From Amoebidium appalachense (lineage: Eukaryota > Protista > Ichthyosporea), in contig CAVNZM010000009.1 in the NCBI GenBank assembly GCA_963693365.1, positions 6,912,171-6,976,170 on the forward strand: a DNA stretch of 64,000 nt, written 5' to 3'. Made by a program: the position numbers and the translations under genes. The notes under the pieces are model-generated. The model ran no database searches. It was not told where the DNA came from and saw nothing but the letters and a program-made list of their open reading frames with translations. Of the stretch, positions 13,518 to 28,447 are shown one piece after another. How positions within the stretch are numbered: the stretch's first letter is position 1; each line of letters starts with the position of its first letter.

Positions 13518-13957
13518 AGTACTAAACAGTGAGGTAACACGAGCTCTAGACCCGAGTGGTGGGGAATTCATGATCATGTGGAAAAGGCGGTGCCAGTTAG
13601 GTGTGACAAATTTAAGTAGTGGAGAAGTCGAGAGAGAGAAGGAAAGGGCATGTTTCCTTTATTTTTTTCGCCTGCGGTATTTCCTGATATTCAACCAAAT
13701 TCTTTTAAAATTATCGATAAACCCAATATTCCTTTGTCACTTGTCGCTTTATTTTTATTTCGTAGCTTTGGCTTTTTCAGTTCTATTGGTGGGTATGTAG
13801 CCTGTGGCTGCACGTTGCCTTCATCAACGGATCAATAAAACCGAGTCAAAAGAAAAATATTCCTCTTTTTTTTATTGTTTTTATTGTTTTGATATTGTTT
13901 TACATGAGACCATGGGGTTTCTTCATGCCGGTGCACAATAGCTCTCAACCGTATGCA

Positions 13958-14034
<77 letters not shown>

Positions 14035-14543
14035 GTGGCACACACACCGGTACCACCACCAGCAAAGAGCGCGAGGCTAAGCTTTCCAGCCCTTTGCCCT
14101 TCGTTAGAATTCCACCACGTTAACTTGTCGTGGGTTTAAAATTTACTCTTTTATTTTTGCATATCGATAGAAGTGTTTCTTTCCTCTTCGACTCACTGTG
14201 CTCATTCGGATTCATATAAGATATTCAACAACTACTATACATCACCGTGATATGACGACAATTCAAAGTTCCTCAGGCGCGCCATATACCAAACACTTGA
14301 TTTTCAGCTACTTCTGAATCTATCCCCCCCCCCCCTCCCCCTCCCCACCCAACCGCCACCACAACCAAAGAAAACAAAAAAAAAAGGAAAAAAAGGGAAA
14401 AAACCAAACCAAAGAAACAAACAAAAGTGCCGTCAAACGGTGATTCTCTCTCAACACAACTCAAACAGAGGTAGAGTGAGCAATCGACGTATATTTTGTT
14501 TCGTGCCTGTGGCTTTCATTTCTCCACATCCTTTACTAACCGT

Positions 14544-14595
<52 letters not shown>

Positions 14596-14672
14596 CCGTG
14601 CGTCGCATGGGGTGTGGGGGTGGCGGTGGGGGGAGGGGGGGGAGCATTGGTGTACGGGTCTTGTGATTTACC

Positions 14673-14711
<39 letters not shown>

Positions 14712-15382
14712 ACCCTCACCAACCGGCCTTCGAACTGCCACACAACACAGTCAAGTCACAACGCACACACCCACACGGTAATCCAAAAGAGGTCCTACCT
14801 GTCCTCCCTACCCCATGCCTCCTTACATCTACAATACTGCAATGGTTTTATTTTCCTTTCTATTTTCGACACGATGACGTCACGGTGCATGGGCTCAGTC
14901 CGATGAAAACCCCCCTGCATCCCCACCCAAATTTCGAGTTAGTGCCTCCCCCCCCGAACCCCTCCCCACAATCTTTCCCCATTTCCCTCTCCAGAAACCA
15001 TATTCCCCCCCCCCCTCCCCCCCCACACACCCTCTTCCTTCCATTTGCCACCAGATCCCATTATATGGATGAATCGTTTCTCGTTGGGAAGGAATTCGTT
15101 CACTATTCCCTCTGATGAACCAGAGGGCAAACAATCAGACGTCTAGACCACACACAATAATATCAAGTGCCATGGTATTTCGTTATATATGCCGGTATTA
15201 TCTTTCCTCTTTGGGACCAACACATACCCCCCCCCAAAAAACCACCCACCCACCCACCCACCCAACCACACACAGACACACACACACACTTTCCCTCCCG
15301 TCCTGGGATATGCACGGGTGGGTGCACAGGGGAGCACACAAACAAACACAGCACGAACATAGACATACACACACGTGTGCGC

Positions 15383-15454
<72 letters not shown>

Positions 15455-15530
15455 CCATTAGCCCACCAACACATGTGAGCTGTCCTAACGTTAGATTCTA
15501 ATGGTTTTATTTGTACTCGTGTTACTGCAT

Positions 15531-15602
15531 TTATTGTAATCCAAACATCGACACGATTACCAACCGAGACTTTCGATTTCTTTTCATGGGCAAGAGAAAG
15601 AA

Positions 15603-15696
<94 letters not shown>

Positions 15697-15993
15697 GGGG
15701 GGGAGGGGGGGGGGGGGGGGGGGGGGGACGGGAGATAGTTACCCAGCAACTCTGACGACGGAGAAAGCAAGCCAAAGAATAGCAAGTACCAATCGGATGA
15801 GATCCACCAAATTCGCCTCCTGGCAGTAGGTCAGCCGTAGCATAACAACATAACTAAACAGTTCAAAATATTACGAACGAATGCACATGTCAGAACTTGG
15901 CGGAGCAGAAACGATGGGTATAAAGACCCGGGAACGATTGGGAGAGAGTGAGAGAATGCCACACCATCCGAAGTCTACAACAAAGAAGGGTTA

Positions 15994-16025
<32 letters not shown>

Positions 16026-16129
16026 ACCCCCTTCGTAGTGAATTCTCTCAAGACTGACCGTCCAAAATCAAAGCTCCATTTTGCTTCTTTACCCCCCCCC
16101 CCCCCCCCCCCCCCCCCGGCCCGGCCCCC

Positions 16130-16176
<47 letters not shown>

Positions 16177-16397
16177 TTTCCCTTTCCTCATTCAGTTACA
16201 TTACCCCCCCCCCCCCCCCCCCCCCCCCCCAACCCCACCCCACCCCACCCCCTCCAATTCACAAACAAAACGAAATAATAAAATAACCATCGGCACTACT
16301 ACCACACAGGTACACCCACATACCCTGCCTGACTTCCACCTCAGATTCGTTACCTCTCTTCCTCGTTTCAGGCAAGGAGGTGAAGAGTGGGTGGGAA

Positions 16398-16437
<40 letters not shown>

Positions 16438-16520
16438 GGGGGGGGGGGGGGGGGAAGAAGGGGACGGGGGACGGGGAGAGGGGCATGGAGGGGAGGGGGG
16501 AGGGAGATGGAAGGGGGAGG

Positions 16521-16567
<47 letters not shown>

Positions 16568-18076
16568 GGGGGGGGGGGGGGGGGGGGAGGGAGGGGGGGG
16601 TAATGTACCCTCGGGTTAAAGGACACGAGTGCATCTGCGGCATCCTGGAGGCGTGCAGTACTTTCTATAACCCACTCCTGATTGGACCGCGGACTCAGAA
16701 CTCGATTTCTGGTTGGTTCTTTTGGTACTGCGTTACCATATCCGGCATGGGCATAGGCTGCCTGCCAATCATCTGAGAGCTTCTGTCCTTTGGCTGCGGC
16801 ATTTTCCTTATTTTCGGTGGTTTCTGATGTCGTTTTTTGTTCGGTTTGAGACGGCGGATAGATATTACCGGAAACTTCATTCAAATATTCATCGTCGTGA
16901 ATAACTCGGTGCAGGCAGCAATGAAATTTTGTAAATATCTCGTTCCCCTCATTCGTTTTCCCGCACCTTTTCGATGCGTGCTCCTTCGGTTCGCATTGCC
17001 CTGGCGATTGCCCCTCGGACATTTTACCTTCCTCTGTGGCGGCAATACTGATTGGTGCAGATTCGTCCGTGGGTAGTTTTGATTGGACAGCGGCGTCTTC
17101 AGATGGATGTGATTGGACGGCTATTTCTGGAATCGGTGGTCGTGGCTGTGACGTAGGCGTGTGCTCTCCAAACAGACCTGAATTGGTGGTGGTGCGGGGG
17201 GGGGGGGGGGGGGGGGGGGGGGCAAGCGTGTAGCATGTGGAATACGTGTGTGTAAGTGTGTGGGTGTACGTGAGTGTGGATGGTGAGGGAGGGAGGGGGA
17301 GGGGGGGGGGGGGGGGGGGTAGGGGGAGATGAGGAGGAAGTTTGTTAGAATGCAATTCACAATTCAATGCTGACAAAATGCGAAAAACCAAGCACAAAGC
17401 TTGTAACAGAGAAGGGAACATGAAGCGAGTAAATGCTGCCAGGCGAGGGAAGGAGGTGACCTAGAACGCGCTGCACAGTATGAAGTACAAACTCCCGACG
17501 GACAGTTTTAAGGAGAAGGGATTCAAAACAGCCTACATACCCCGTCAGACTAGCAAAATTTAGCCGGCGCCGGCTAAGATTGCTATGGTAGGTATGTGAC
17601 GTTTACCGATTTACTACTGTATTTGGTAGTAAATCCGTGTGACGTCCGAGATCAATGCGATTTTAGTTGGCGGCAGCTAAATCTTGCTAGTCTGACGGGG
17701 TACGTAGTCATTTCGAACCCTTTCTCCTTAAGGCCATTTTCCAAAAAAGGACACACAACTTGGGGAGAGTATGAACCATAGGTAGAGCCATCTTCTTCGA
17801 GTATCCAAATTACCAACAGTGTCAGAGGTTCGACTCTGATGAACGAGACGCAGAAAAGGGAGTGGAGGGGGTGGGAGGGGGGGGGTGGGTGGGTGGGTGG
17901 GTGGGTGGGTGGGTGGGGGGGGGGGGGGGGGGGGGGGGGGGGGATTTCAGGGTGAATGTGGAAAAGGGGCACAAAGAAATCAAAGACGGAAAGGAGCCAC
18001 CGAAAGAAAAGTAAAAGAGAGAACACGACAAAAGTTTAAGTAACACCGAGGAGTGGTGGGGGGAGGAAGAGGAGGA

Positions 18077-18120
<44 letters not shown>

Positions 18121-18596
18121 GTTAGTATGCAATGCTGGGTAAAGAGTACCCACGCGAAGAACACAGTTGAACTTTGTAAAGTACACGCAAAAGGTATGCA
18201 TCATAAGCAGAGGTTATCGTGGATAGGACGAAGTGGACGAGGACGGAGGGCGGGGGGGGAGGCGGGGGGGGGGGGGCACATACTCCCAAAAGGTACCCAC
18301 TGTCCACAGGCTGGGGGGCTCAAATGCTGTTCCATATTTTCACGAGCAGTTGTGAGATTTTGCGCTCCACGACCCCAGCGGGTATGGAAAACCGGTGAAA
18401 GTGCGGCGCTTGGACCCCCTAGTTGCTGGAGTTTAAGGTGACTGGATGCCCATTGGTTCTCGACAAACGTGAGACGGTCTTGTGTGGCTAGGTGGGCTTC
18501 AATCTCTGTGCGAAGGTCGTTTTGGAGAGAGGCAAGTTCGATCGATTTGGATTCAAGCGTGGCCTGTAATTGCGAGGAAGGCGTCAGAGAAAGTGT

Positions 18597-18642
<46 letters not shown>

Positions 18643-19396
18643 GGAGGTGAGTGAGGGAGGAGAAGGGGGGTGGGGGGGGGGAGCGAGAGAGAGAAAGTGT
18701 GTGAGTGAGAGGGGGGAGGGAGAGAGAGGGGGAGAGAGAGAGACGGAGGGAGAGAGGAAGGGAGAGAGGGGGGAGGGGGGGGGGGGAGGGGGGGAGCAGA
18801 GGAGGGGGGAGGGGGAGGGAAGGGAGAGAGAAAGAGAAGGTTTGTGTGTGTTGTGTGTGTGTTGCGTAGCATGTGCATGTGTGTGTATGCCCGGGGGAGG
18901 TGGTAAGGCTGTGTGCGTGCATGCGTGTGTGCGCGTGTGCATGTGCATGTGTGTTGCGCGCGCGCGCGCGCGTGTGTGTATGTGTGTGTGTGTGTGTGTG
19001 TGTGGTTGCGATACATGTATGTCTGTACCAGGTCTTTGCCACCAACCAAGTATACAGTGCACCAGGTGACACGCAGGAAGTGAGATTAGCGCTTATGTAC
19101 CCAAGACAACCACTTGCATACTTGTGTGGAGGGGGTTGAGTGGGGCGAGTCAGGGGGAAAGGTAGAAGGGGAAGGGTCCCGAGAGATAACCTTGCATTGG
19201 GCTATTCTAGGAAAATAGTACGCGGAAAAAACGGCTAGGGTAGGGGTCGGGTATGGGGTTGAGGCAGGGGAGGGGGGGGGGAAGGGGTACGTGCGGGAGG
19301 GGGGGGACAGGGAAAGAGTGGTGTGTGTGTGTGTGGGGGGGGGGGGGGGGAGAGGGGTTGGTAAATGCGGGGTTGAGCGGGCATAGTTCCCACCAG

Positions 19397-19427
<31 letters not shown>

Positions 19428-19605
19428 GGAAGAGACCCCTCGAGCCGACGTGGATGGAGAAAGGGGGAGGGTGTGTGTGGGTGTTGTGTGACGGTCATGT
19501 GTGTGCTTGTATGGTAAGGTTATTTTTATGGTGAGGTTATATTGCTTTTGCCATGCTTCGGAAGTGGTGGGCAGTGCAAATAAGGTTGGGAAGAAGCAGG
19601 GAGGT

Positions 19606-19637
<32 letters not shown>

Positions 19638-19775
19638 GAGGGGGGAAGTGGGGGGATAGCAAGAGTTCACACAAACAGTAGTGAGCCTTTTCCTTTTAGC
19701 AATTGTTTTCCTCCACCCGCTCCCCCCCCCCCCCCCGCCCCTCTCCCACCTTCCCGCTCTCCACTTTCCCCCTCG

Positions 19776-19807
<32 letters not shown>

Positions 19808-20510
19808 TTCTCCCCATACCCACCCCAGCCTCTCGTTCTTTCTCTTTCCACTAAAATAAACGCGACCACACTTCTATCCTATACACTACCCCACCCTCCA
19901 ATCCTTCTCTCATACACTGCCGTGCGTCCCTTGGCCTTGCCCCCCCATGACCATCACGACCCACCCGCTCCTCCCCCCCCTCTCCTCTTTATTCCCGCTT
20001 CCCAAAATGCCCCCCCCCCCCCCCCCCCTTCCCCCCCCTCCCGCTCCCCTTGTCCATCCCCCCCCCCCCCCCCCCTAACAACCCGCCCACCTACCCCCCA
20101 CAAAAAGAAAGAAAGAAAGAAAGAAAGAAAGAAAATAAGCAACCCCCTCTAGCATCGTTTTCAACCACTCTTACCTGCAGGGCTTTTCTCAACTCCCTTT
20201 GCTCCATGAACCATCTCTCTGCCTCCCTCCTCTTTGCCCTCTCATTCTCCAATTCCTCCTCCGTCGTACTCAGCAAATCTTCCAAACGACGTAAATCCTC
20301 AACTATGGTAACTAGAGATGATTGAACGTCGGCATCCGTGTTTGGTGTAAGTAGAAGTTGCCCCGTTCGGAGTGAGAGGGGTGTGTGTGCGTGTGCTAGT
20401 GGGGTGGTGGGCCCTGCTTGTGTGTTTGTGTTGGTTGTAGGACGGGGTGGGGTGGAGGGTGGTGTTGGTGCAACACCTGCCTCACTTTCGCTGGTTGAAC
20501 CGGTGTCCAT
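15531..20510 (-). CDS. Multi-exon coiled-coil protein of unknown function (3' exons uncertain)
   Basis: Phase-consistent exons 20510-20175, 18563-18297, a 22-nt micro-exon 17835-17814, and 17177-16609. Heptad-rich segments VEDLRRLEDLLSTTEEELENERAKRRE and LESKSIELASLQNDLRTE. Candidate final exons at 15975-15531 include a hydrophobic stretch. Confidence 0.55.
17512..17727. mobile_element. Kolobok-type MITE (TTAA TSD, GG..CC termini, about 75-bp imperfect TIRs)
   Basis: TTAA|GGAGAAGGGATTC...CCCCGTCAGACTAGCAA ... TTGCTAGTCTGACGGGG...TTTCTCC|TTAA. TTAA at 17508-11 and 17728-31. Confidence 0.75.
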
Positions 20511-22083
20511 TGTTTCTATAACATAACCTTATGAGCAATTAGATTTGCTACATAGCTTTATCTCCCTATTAGAACAAGCGTCAACGCTCTCAAGATCACA
20601 ACGTGTCGGCTGTAACTGTTCTGTGTCCAAACGCGTGAAACAAACCAGCTTGGAACCGGCGTGCTGTGTATGACCAACGGCGCACACCCTTGCTAACATG
20701 CACAAGCAGTAAACTAAAAGGTATGTTTTTTCTCGCTCCAGGCTACCTACTACTTCTGTTTCAGTGGGTGTGTAGCGCGTTTTTATCGCGTTGCAATGAA
20801 TTGTTCTGCTTGTGCTGAATTATTCTGCTTGTGCTGCCTAATAATGATCCAGAAGCCTTTTTTCAGTTTTCGATTTCGATGTTTTTCGACTGAGTGTCAA
20901 GAGCAGGAAACTGGGACCTGGTGACGCTTCACTGACGCAGACGGGGGCAAAAACAATCAGAACACATGATACGCATGAACACATGTATGTTCAGGGGTTG
21001 AATTACGACTCAATTTGAAATGAATTACGAAATTCTTACGTTTAAGCTCAGGGGGTCAAAACGAGTAACGCTGTGAGGTGCTGTATTGGTTTTTTTGTTT
21101 CAGTAAAATAGGTCACATTAGTGTATTTTGGTGTGTTTTCACATAAAAATGGGTGTTTTCCAAGGTAAAAGGTGGTCAGGTGGTTATTTTGGCACTCAAG
21201 GGCGGAATATGAAGCCCCGTTTTGTCTCTCGGGGTGTGTAATGGTTAAAGAAGTGTAAAATTATCTGAAATGGGTTTTCAAATTTAACAATAAAAGGGGT
21301 CTAAACGAGTCGTTAAATGAGACGAAGCCCGCCGAGACGATTTAGAAATTCTGACAATACAATTGAGTTTAAGGTAAAACGGGTAGCGCAGCCAAAGCCC
21401 CACAACCCCTGTGTATCATGGAAAACGGTTGGGGATTTTTCAAACCGCTCGGGGCGGCGGCGGCGGCGGCGGCGGCGGCCGGCGGCCGCGGAGCTTCGAG
21501 TAACTGCCTAATGATGTGAGACTCAGTGAAAAAGTCGCATTAAGTAAGAATAATTAGAAGTATTTATGTTAATATAGTTATCAATAGCTACGTTTTCTAT
21601 TATTGAAGCTTAGTCGGACTCACTGAAACGGCTTGGACGTCGACACTGTGACTCATTGGTAATTTAACTGTACGTAAAGTCCAGCTGTTGTTTTACAGCG
21701 CTTACAATAGCCATTTATGGAAATGTGCGATCCTATTGCGTGATTGGATATGGCTGCACCGCTCGAATATACAGTGTACACGGTGGCGGCTGCGTGCACG
21801 GTACGTGTGCACATGCCATACGTGTGGAAATGCATGCACGTCTATGTACACGTGCGTAATGATCCGAGACCCGTGTCCGTGCGTGTTAAAACCTTCGTGT
21901 CTGGGTGTAATTGTCGACGTCGGTCCGCCGGGAGTGTCTCGGGTGTGCACGTGTACCGTGACATGCACGTATCATGTGCATGTGTACGTGCTTTGAGAGC
22001 TTTCTATAATGTGTCTCTGTGGCCGGGGGAACGGATGGGTGAATATTTTCCGCGGGGAGCTCAAGAGGCAAGGGGAGGGGAGG

Positions 22084-22124
<41 letters not shown>

Positions 22125-22126
<2 letters not shown>

Positions 22127-22178
22127 AGACCTTATCTTCCCGTGGAGGGGGGGGGGGGGGAAGACCTTATCTTCCCGT

Positions 22179-22219
<41 letters not shown>

Positions 22220-22662
22220 GGCCGAGCTCGACGGGGGACTTCAGGAATTTCAAGCCCAGCCGGCCTTGCCAAACCTTCGAATAATACATAGATAGCTAAA
22301 GCGCACATAGGCCGCGGTGTGCATTACATTTTTTTTGTTTGTGTGTGCGTGTGTGTGTGTGCGTGCGTGTGTGTGTCACGGTGTGTGTGTGTCACGGTGT
22401 GTGTGTGTGAGTGTGTGTGTGTCACGATGTGTGTGTGTGTGTGTGCGTGCGTGTGGTGGGGGAGAGTAGGGAGGCCGAGCTCGACGGGGGACTTCAGGAA
22501 TTTCAAGCCCAGCCGGGTTGCCAAACCTTCGAATAATGCATAGATAGCTAAAGCGCACATAGGCCGCGGTGCGCATTACATTTTTTTTTGTTTGTGTGTG
22601 CTTGTGTGTGCGTGCGTGCGTGTGTGTGTGTGTGCGTGTGTGTGTCACGGTGTGTGTGTCAC

Positions 22663-22748
<86 letters not shown>

Positions 22749-22763
22749 GGTGGGGGAGAGTAG
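22125..22763. repeat. Nested tandem duplications (2 x about 22 bp; 2 x about 250-290 bp)
   Basis: GAAGACCTTATCTTCCCGTGGA twice. Units starting at 22218 and 22471 share a near-identical core of about 110 bp plus a (TG)n tail. Confidence 0.9.
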
Positions 22764-23040
22764 GGAGGGGGAGGGGGGGGGGGGGGGGGGGGGGAGGGGG
22801 CAAGGACTAGATGATACTTTCGACCCCAACACTGAAGTAAATACCGGACTAAGCAGAACGAAAACTTTCAAGAAACAAATTTCTTCTACAGAACACAGTT
22901 TACCATAATCCATGATACGTGTGTCATTTAAAAACCACGAAGTTGCGTACATTTTTTTATAGCAGAATCCATTCACGATGCATCATTCTCGTGGCACAAC
23001 CACATGTTTATTCGGTGTTTTTGATGTTCGGGCCCGAATT

Positions 23041-23271
23041 TCAGTCTCGGCGAAGCTGCACGGGCACAAAAGTCGTTAGCAAAAGACGAACAACCCGGTT
23101 GTAACTTTCCGTTAAAAGGGGAAAAAAGCGTCGGCACATATCCTGTTTTCACGTCTAACTATATATTCGACCGTTGCAGCATATGGAATATATTGACGGT
23201 AACGAAAGATTATAACTTTTAACTTGGAGGTGCACCATTGTATATATATCGTGTGTTGCCTTGTTTGCAAG

Positions 23272-23341
<70 letters not shown>

Positions 23342-23826
23342 ATGTGCTTCCTTGATACCCGGTGGTAGGTGAATAATAGGTCGTAACCCGTCATTTGCCC
23401 CCGGGGGGGGGGGGGGGGGGGGGGGGGGGCTCGTGGGTTTCTGGTCAAATTTCCTTGTGTGCCCCCCGGGGGGGGGGGGGGGGGGGGGCAAATGGCGGTT
23501 TGAAAGACCTTAGTATAGAGAGTATAGAGTACTAAGTACACAAAAACAACGGACAACACGATGCAGAGTGCAACCACACAAAGAGTATGCATAATAAGCA
23601 GAGCCCATCCTCGAAATCCCACGTCATCCACGCGGGGGGGGGGGGGAGGGGGGGGGGGGGGGCAGGGGGGTAAAGTGTAGATGATAGAGGTTGGCCCACA
23701 CAGTAAAGAGAGGTGGGTGGGTGGGTGGGGGGGGGGGGGGGATAGTTATTGGGTTCGACATTGAACTATTTAGCCATGAAAAGGGGGAGAGGAGAAAGGG
23801 CGCAAAAAAAGAGGGGAGGGGTTGCG

Positions 23827-23882
<56 letters not shown>

Positions 23883-23996
23883 ATACCGGGAACATCTCCG
23901 TGGTGATACCGTCCTTCGTGATGACAACAATCTCCACAGCATCACCCGTGTAGATGTCACGCTCAGCAACACCGGCAAACGCGTCCTGAAAAAAAA

Positions 23997-24042
<46 letters not shown>

Positions 24043-24471
24043 GTGTGCGTGCGTGCCTGTGTAGGGGGAGGGGTGCGTGTGTATAAGGAGGGAGAGAGGA
24101 GAAGGGAGGGGGGGGGGGGGGGGGGGGGGGGGATGTCAGGATTCGATGCCAAACATACTGTTCATGATTGGGTGAAAAATTTAGGCTGTTGCGCTGTGCA
24201 AGGGGATGTGCTTGTGTGGAACGGTGGGCGTAAAAGGTAGGTGCAGTGAAAGAAAAGGGGAACATATGCACTAAGAGTGCAGGTACACTAGCAGTAACGT
24301 GATTCCCATATCATCGGTGCAAAACTAAGCAAAAGGAGGGGGGGGGGGGGGGGGGGGGAGGGGGAGGGGGGGGGGGGAGGGGGGGGGGGGGGGGGGGGGG
24401 GGATTGTGTTACAGAGTACGAAAATGCACACGTATGACCAAGGACTTGATGTAGTCGGATGGAAAAAGAGG

Positions 24472-24509
<38 letters not shown>

Positions 24510-24860
24510 TTTTCTCCATGTGCTTGAATAGGGGCTAACGTAACGGAAACTGTAAGATCCTAAAGGGCTATGATGATTGAAGGAGACACAAAGGATAGAG
24601 AGGAAGATCAAAACCTTGCAGGCAGGCTGCTGCTGATGCACCCATGTATGTACGCACATATTGGCACCGAGGCACAAAACAAAACACGTGCAGAGGTACA
24701 GTGCACGTGGTTCGACACATGCCGGACACAATATGCACCATTCCTAACCCACCTACACCGACTCCCATGATCATACCCATTTCCTATCCACACACTCGCC
24801 AGTAATCCCGCCCCCCCCCCCCCCTCCCCCCCCCCCCTCCCTCCCCCACGTACACACTTA

Positions 24861-24893
<33 letters not shown>

Positions 24894-25005
24894 TTTCTAC
24901 ACAAAACACGTGCGCGCACGCCCACCCACACCTACACAACCATCAAGGTACACATCCATCCCACCCCCTTCCCCAGCCCCTCCCCGCCCCCCCTCCTCCC
25001 TCGCG

Positions 25006-25040
<35 letters not shown>

Positions 25041-25804
25041 TCCCCAAACACCTACCCACACCCACACCCACACCCACACGCCCACGCCCACGCCCACACA
25101 CACACACACACACACACAAATGCACACGCACACGCACACACACCTTGACCACGTTGACCACGTCCTCCTTTGTCAATTTCAGCTTCTCGGCATTGAGCTT
25201 GTTCTTCTGTCCAAGCTGCAAAAGACGTTAGAAACATTAACACCCATTAGTTTTAAAAAAAAAAATCTATTAGATGTTGGCAATATACACACCTATGTAA
25301 TATTAGAAATATAAACACCTATGAGATATTACATACATACCCCACCTCCCCCCCCAAACACACACAAACCCACCCCACCCCACCCTACCCCACCTCAAAC
25401 CACCACCATCAGTTTTCCCACTTTCCAACACAAACCGATAAGGAGTAGGATTGTGTTCGTGTGCGTAAGGGGGGCTGTGTGTACGGGCGGAGGGGAGGAG
25501 GGAGGGGGGGAGGGGGGAGGGGGGAGGGGGGGGGGGGGGGGGGGGATAATACCTCGCTGTCCAGCAGAGGCTGCAGCAATTGGGCACCCGAGCCACCGGC
25601 ACGGTATGTCTCTCTCTCGTAGCTGCCCACGGGGTCATAGCTGAAAACGGCACCCTTGCCTGTGTACGTGTACGTGTGTGTACGTGTGTGTACGTGTGTG
25701 CGAGTACGTGGGTGTGTTTGTGTAGTGTGTGTGCGTGTGTGGGTGTGTTTTGTGTGAGCGCGTGTTAACATGGTTGGGTGTATTTGTGTGTGTGGTGTGT
25801 GTGT

Positions 25805-25856
<52 letters not shown>

Positions 25857-26966
25857 GGGGGGGGGGGGGGGGGGGGGGGCAGCGCGTACCTGTGTGTGTA
25901 TGGGTGGGTGGATGGGTGCTTGCATATGCGTATGTGTGTAGTGTGTGCATGTGTGCATGTCTGTGTGTGTCCATGTGTGTACATTTGTATGTGTACGAGT
26001 GTGCGTGTGTGTTTGGTGTGTGGGTGAGCACCTGTGTGTGTATTTTCATGTGTGATCACGTGTTCATGCATGCAAAGTGTTGAATGTTGTCAGTACGTGT
26101 CTGTGTGCAATCAGTGCCATCTCACATGTAACAAAATGAAACGTACTAAATAACATTGCTGTATTCAATGATTCTAGATGATTGGTCATAATGTATCGAA
26201 GTGACCATGATAAACATGCAGTCCCTTCGGCGTAGCACACCTGTGTTCCATACAAGCGGGATAAGGAGATATATGATAAGGTGTGCATCTAGTTAACCCG
26301 ACAAGTAAGCCGACACTAGGCACGCTGGTGCCTGTGCAGTAACGATCATGCATTCATCAAGTCTGATACACATATGGAGCACAGAGCCTAATAATTAGTA
26401 GAAACCATACCTCCATCCCCACCTCCCCCCCCTCCCCCTCCCCCCCCCCCCCTCCCCCCCCCTCCCCCCCCCCCCCCCTTCCTCCTCCGGTCTTTCCAGA
26501 CATCATAGTCGACATCCACTCGCCACGTCACGGCCACCCACACATATCTACCCACATCGGGCGTGGGGTGGGGTGGGGGGGTGGTTGGGGTGGGGGGGTC
26601 GATGAGTCGGTGGGGGAGGAAAGGGGGTGTGTGTGGGGGGGGGTTCTTATGCCCAGTCTTTGTGAAAGGGAGGGGGAGGGGGAGAAAGAGAATGAGGGAG
26701 GGGGGAGGGGGAGGAAGGGAGAGAGAAAGGGAACAGAAAGAAACGAGAGAAGGGGAAAGAAAGAGAGGGAGGGAGGGAAAGACACAGACACATACCCTCC
26801 TCGTCCAGACCAGCCAGGATGTTGTAAGTGTAGTAGGGGAAGAAGCGCTTGTAGTAGAGCATCGTCGACAGCATCTGCCCAACGGCGGTGGTGCTCATGT
26901 CCTTGTCGTGGTTGTGCTTGTACGTCTGCAGTTTTTTTTTTTGTTTTTTTTCCGGTATTTGGGGGG

Positions 26967-27001
<35 letters not shown>

Positions 27002-27193
27002 GGGGGGGGAGGGAGATTGGGGGGGAAAGCCGGTTGGGGGGGAGGGAGGGAGGGGAGGGGAGGAGGGGGCAGAATGAAATGCTAAGAGTGCAGTACATGT
27101 TTGCGGCCGGCAGGATGATAAAGAGATGAAGATATAAAACCATACACATAATGAGTAAAGATGATGTGTTTTCGTGTGTGTGTTGAGGGGGGG

Positions 27194-27262
<69 letters not shown>

Positions 27263-27326
27263 GGAGGAGACGGGGGGGAGGGATGGTAGGCCGTACGAAA
27301 CAAGAGGAGTAGGTGTGTGTGGGTGC

Positions 27327-27367
<41 letters not shown>

Positions 27368-27480
27368 CGTGTGCATGTGCAAGTGTGTGTGCGTGTGTGC
27401 GTGCATGTGTGTGTGTGTGTGTTTGTGTGTGTGTTTTTGCGTTCCGTTTGTTTGCCTGTGTCGTTTTTTTTTTTTTTTTT

Positions 27481-27511
<31 letters not shown>

Positions 27512-27736
27512 GGGGAAGAGGCTGAAACACAAACTTCGAGAAACTTCAGTGGATCTGCGTAAGAAGGGGAAGAAAAAAAAATGGAAAAATTTGACGACAA
27601 AAACGGGGAGGGGGGGGGGGAAGGGGGGGGGGGGGGGGGGGGGGGATATGTGGTGGCAAGAAAAGGGGAAAAAAGAAAACACAACCAGGATGGAAATGAA
27701 AAATGCAAAAAGGAAAAAAAGGAAGAACACAAGGGG

Positions 27737-27782
<46 letters not shown>

Positions 27783-27962
27783 GCAGAAGGAAAAAACAAA
27801 GCAGGAAAGGTATAGCCCTACCGTGAGCTTCCATTGGAGGTTCTTATGCAAAGTAAGACAGTCCCCTTGGAAGCCGGCAGAGGCAAGAACAGTCGTGTTG
27901 TTCCTGCTCATAGATACACATGGAGGGTTAGATGGTAATGAAGGGCATTGTGTGTGTGTTTG

Positions 27963-28036
<74 letters not shown>

Positions 28037-28191
28037 ATGTGCTTGTGTGTGTGCGTATGCTTTGTGTCAGTGGGTGTGGGTATGACCGGGACCGAGTGTG
28101 CATGCGACCGCGTGTGTTTGTCTTGTAGCATAAGTGGAATTATGTGGTTGCAATCATGCCTTTACATGCATGTGCTGTTGGTGCCTATGTG

Positions 28192-28234
<43 letters not shown>

Positions 28235-28411
28235 CGACCATGTGTATGTGTGTGTTTGTGTGTGGGGGGGGGGAGGGGGGGTGTGGTTGGGTGGTAAGGC
28301 AGAAGGCCGCCGCAAGTATGTATGTGCTTTCTATATGCATGTGTCAATCTCTTTCACTCTACTTCACACATGCGCGCGCATACTACCACCTCTCCTCCCC
28401 TCCTCCCCTCT

Positions 28412-28447
<36 letters not shown>

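Noticed and set aside
10100-14320. Several in-frame TGA codons where Trp would fit, suggesting UGA recoding
   Set aside because: PSMB1 ends at the conserved LRRD-TGA, intact genes use TGG for Trp, and the same regions also carry TAA/TAG and frameshifts. Pseudogene decay explains them.
12620-15200. Exon-like islands with hydrophobic peptides
   Set aside because: They could not be joined into a consistent frame on either strand; probably decayed genes.
22234-22272. tRNA-like 3' end (TTCAAGCCC...CCA) in the tandem unit
   Set aside because: No acceptor stem, D-arm or A box could be formed.
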